A DNA stretch of 64,000 nucleotides, taken from assembly GCA_963782055.1 (NCBI GenBank), contig CAWAIF010000003.1:6048001-6112000 (forward strand), read 5' to 3'. Origin of the DNA: an uncultured delta proteobacterium. Its GTDB lineage: Bacteria; Myxococcota_A; Polyangia; Polyangiales; Polyangiaceae. This document shows positions 62,901-64,000 of this stretch, piece after piece (the first letter of the stretch is position 1; every line of letters starts with the position of its first letter). The position numbers and the translations under genes are program-made. The notes beneath the pieces are model-generated. The model was not told the DNA's origin and ran no database searches. It saw only the letters and a list, made by a program, of their open reading frames with translations.

Positions 62901-63871
62901 GCGCTCGCCCGCACGTAAAGCGAGGGGGCGCACGCCCACGCGTCGATCGCCGCCGCGTCCTCCGCGAGGAGGAAGGGCGCGACCTCCTCCACCAGACCCA
63001 CGCGAGCCGTCGGTGCCCCCAGGCGGATCGCCGCCGCCTTCGCCACGGCCGCCACCATCGGGTGCGGCGACTGCACCAGCCGGGTCAGCTCCGGCACCAG
63101 CGTGGTGAGGCCCAGCTCCGCGACGAGCACCGCCGCGAGCGGCCGGCGATCCAGCTCGTGCTCGACGCGGTCGCGCAGCACCGCGCGCAGCGCGTCGATG
63201 GTCTGCGGCGACGCGGCGCGACCGCCGCCGAAGCGGTAGCCGGAGGTGGGGACGCCCAGGCGCGTGGACGCGGGCCCCTCGTGGAGCGCGTCGGCCGCGG
63301 CGGAGAGGAGCAGCTCGAAGTCGGGCTCGGTGGGGCCCTCGCCGCACCGCTCGCCGTCCATGTCCAGGGCGACGCGGCGGGAGGCCTCGCTCGTGTAGGC
63401 GTCCAGGTGCACGAGCAGCCGCTCCAGCGGGGCGGCGCCCGCCGTCCGGCCGGCGAACCGCTCGTGCTCGGTCTCGACCGAGACCACGCTCCACAGCGTC
63501 GAGGGCGTCGCCATGTCGCGGCCGTAGACCATGTGGAGCTGCACCCCGCGGAGCGCGGGCCAGTGCAGCACGCGCGGCGCGTCCTCCTCGCCGACCACCA
63601 CGCCCCACGGGGTGAAGCCGAGGCGCACGGCGGAGCTGCCCCACCGGCGCGTCGGGCCGCCGAGCTTGCGCAGCGCGAGCGCGAGACCGGTGGAGAGAGC
63701 GGCGGCGCCGAGCAGCGCCTCCTTCAGGCCAAGCTCGCCGAGGACGCCTGCCCCCAGGCCCGCGCCCAGCGTGAAGAGGCTCGCCGCCACGCGCGTGGCG
63801 AGCCTGGGCCCCGGCTCGAAGCCGACGTAGCGGAAGTCCGGGGGTGGGGCGAGCCGTCGAGCTGCGGGCAC
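62897..63871 (-). CDS. hypothetical membrane protein
   Basis: Two N-terminal TM segments, GC3-rich codons, HEAT-like C-terminus. Confidence 0.7.
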   Translation of the reverse strand: MPAARRLAPPPDFRYVGFEPGPRLATRVAASLFTLGAGLGAGVLGELGLKEALLGAAALSTGLALALRKLGGPTRRWGSSAVRLGFTPWGVVVGEEDAPRVLHWPALRGVQLHMVYGRDMATPSTLWSVVSVETEHERFAGRTAGAAPLERLLVHLDAYTSEASRRVALDMDGERCGEGPTEPDFELLLSAAADALHEGPASTRLGVPTSGYRFGGGRAASPQTIDALRAVLRDRVEHELDRRPLAAVLVAELGLTTLVPELTRLVQSPHPMVAAVAKAAAIRLGAPTARVGLVEEVAPFLLAEDAAAIDAWACAPSLYVRASA

Positions 63872-64000
63872 GGGGGGTGCTTGAAGTGTACGATCCGGGC
63901 GAGTCCACCGCGAGCGTTCCCTTGCCCACGTGCGCCCACTGCAGAGCCGAAGTCCCGCCGCCGGTGCGCGTGTGCCCGTCGTGCCATGCGCTCGTGCCGC

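Overview
Very GC-rich bacterial chromosome segment with about 60 coding regions. The gene content points to a myxobacterium, probably Polyangiaceae/Sorangiineae-like (inference): many Cys-rich CVDxxxDxxNCGxC lipoproteins, a TPR-PEGA-TonB receptor, bactofilins and a pilMNOPQ operon. Main contents are an aromatic/acyl-CoA catabolic cluster, a DUF455 + ATP-grasp-like pair, an M14 peptidase and a carboxyltransferase, a GMC oxidoreductase with a Tat partner, cysE, a SWIM-DNA ligase, an M1 aminopeptidase, pilMNOPQ, a shortened FliA-like sigma factor, TRAP T/P components, rluD and a MarR/Rieske pair. I found no rRNA, tRNA, CRISPR array or transposase. Best candidates for undescribed biology: (1) a three-gene operon encoding a pseudo-HPt/HhH protein, a pentapeptide-repeat-bactofilin fusion and a bactofilin (16174-19299); (2) a compositionally atypical, translationally coupled ABC-type ATPase + PIN nuclease pair, a candidate anti-phage module (26157-27901); (3) an apparently natural in-frame PilM-PilN fusion. 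Also notable: about 13 genes with a TAnnnT box just upstream of the start (leaderless-type), four sigma54-type promoters, and two +1 frameshifts (pilQ, rluD) that both read GAATC where GATC restores the frame. All assignments come from motif reading by eye; no database searches were run.
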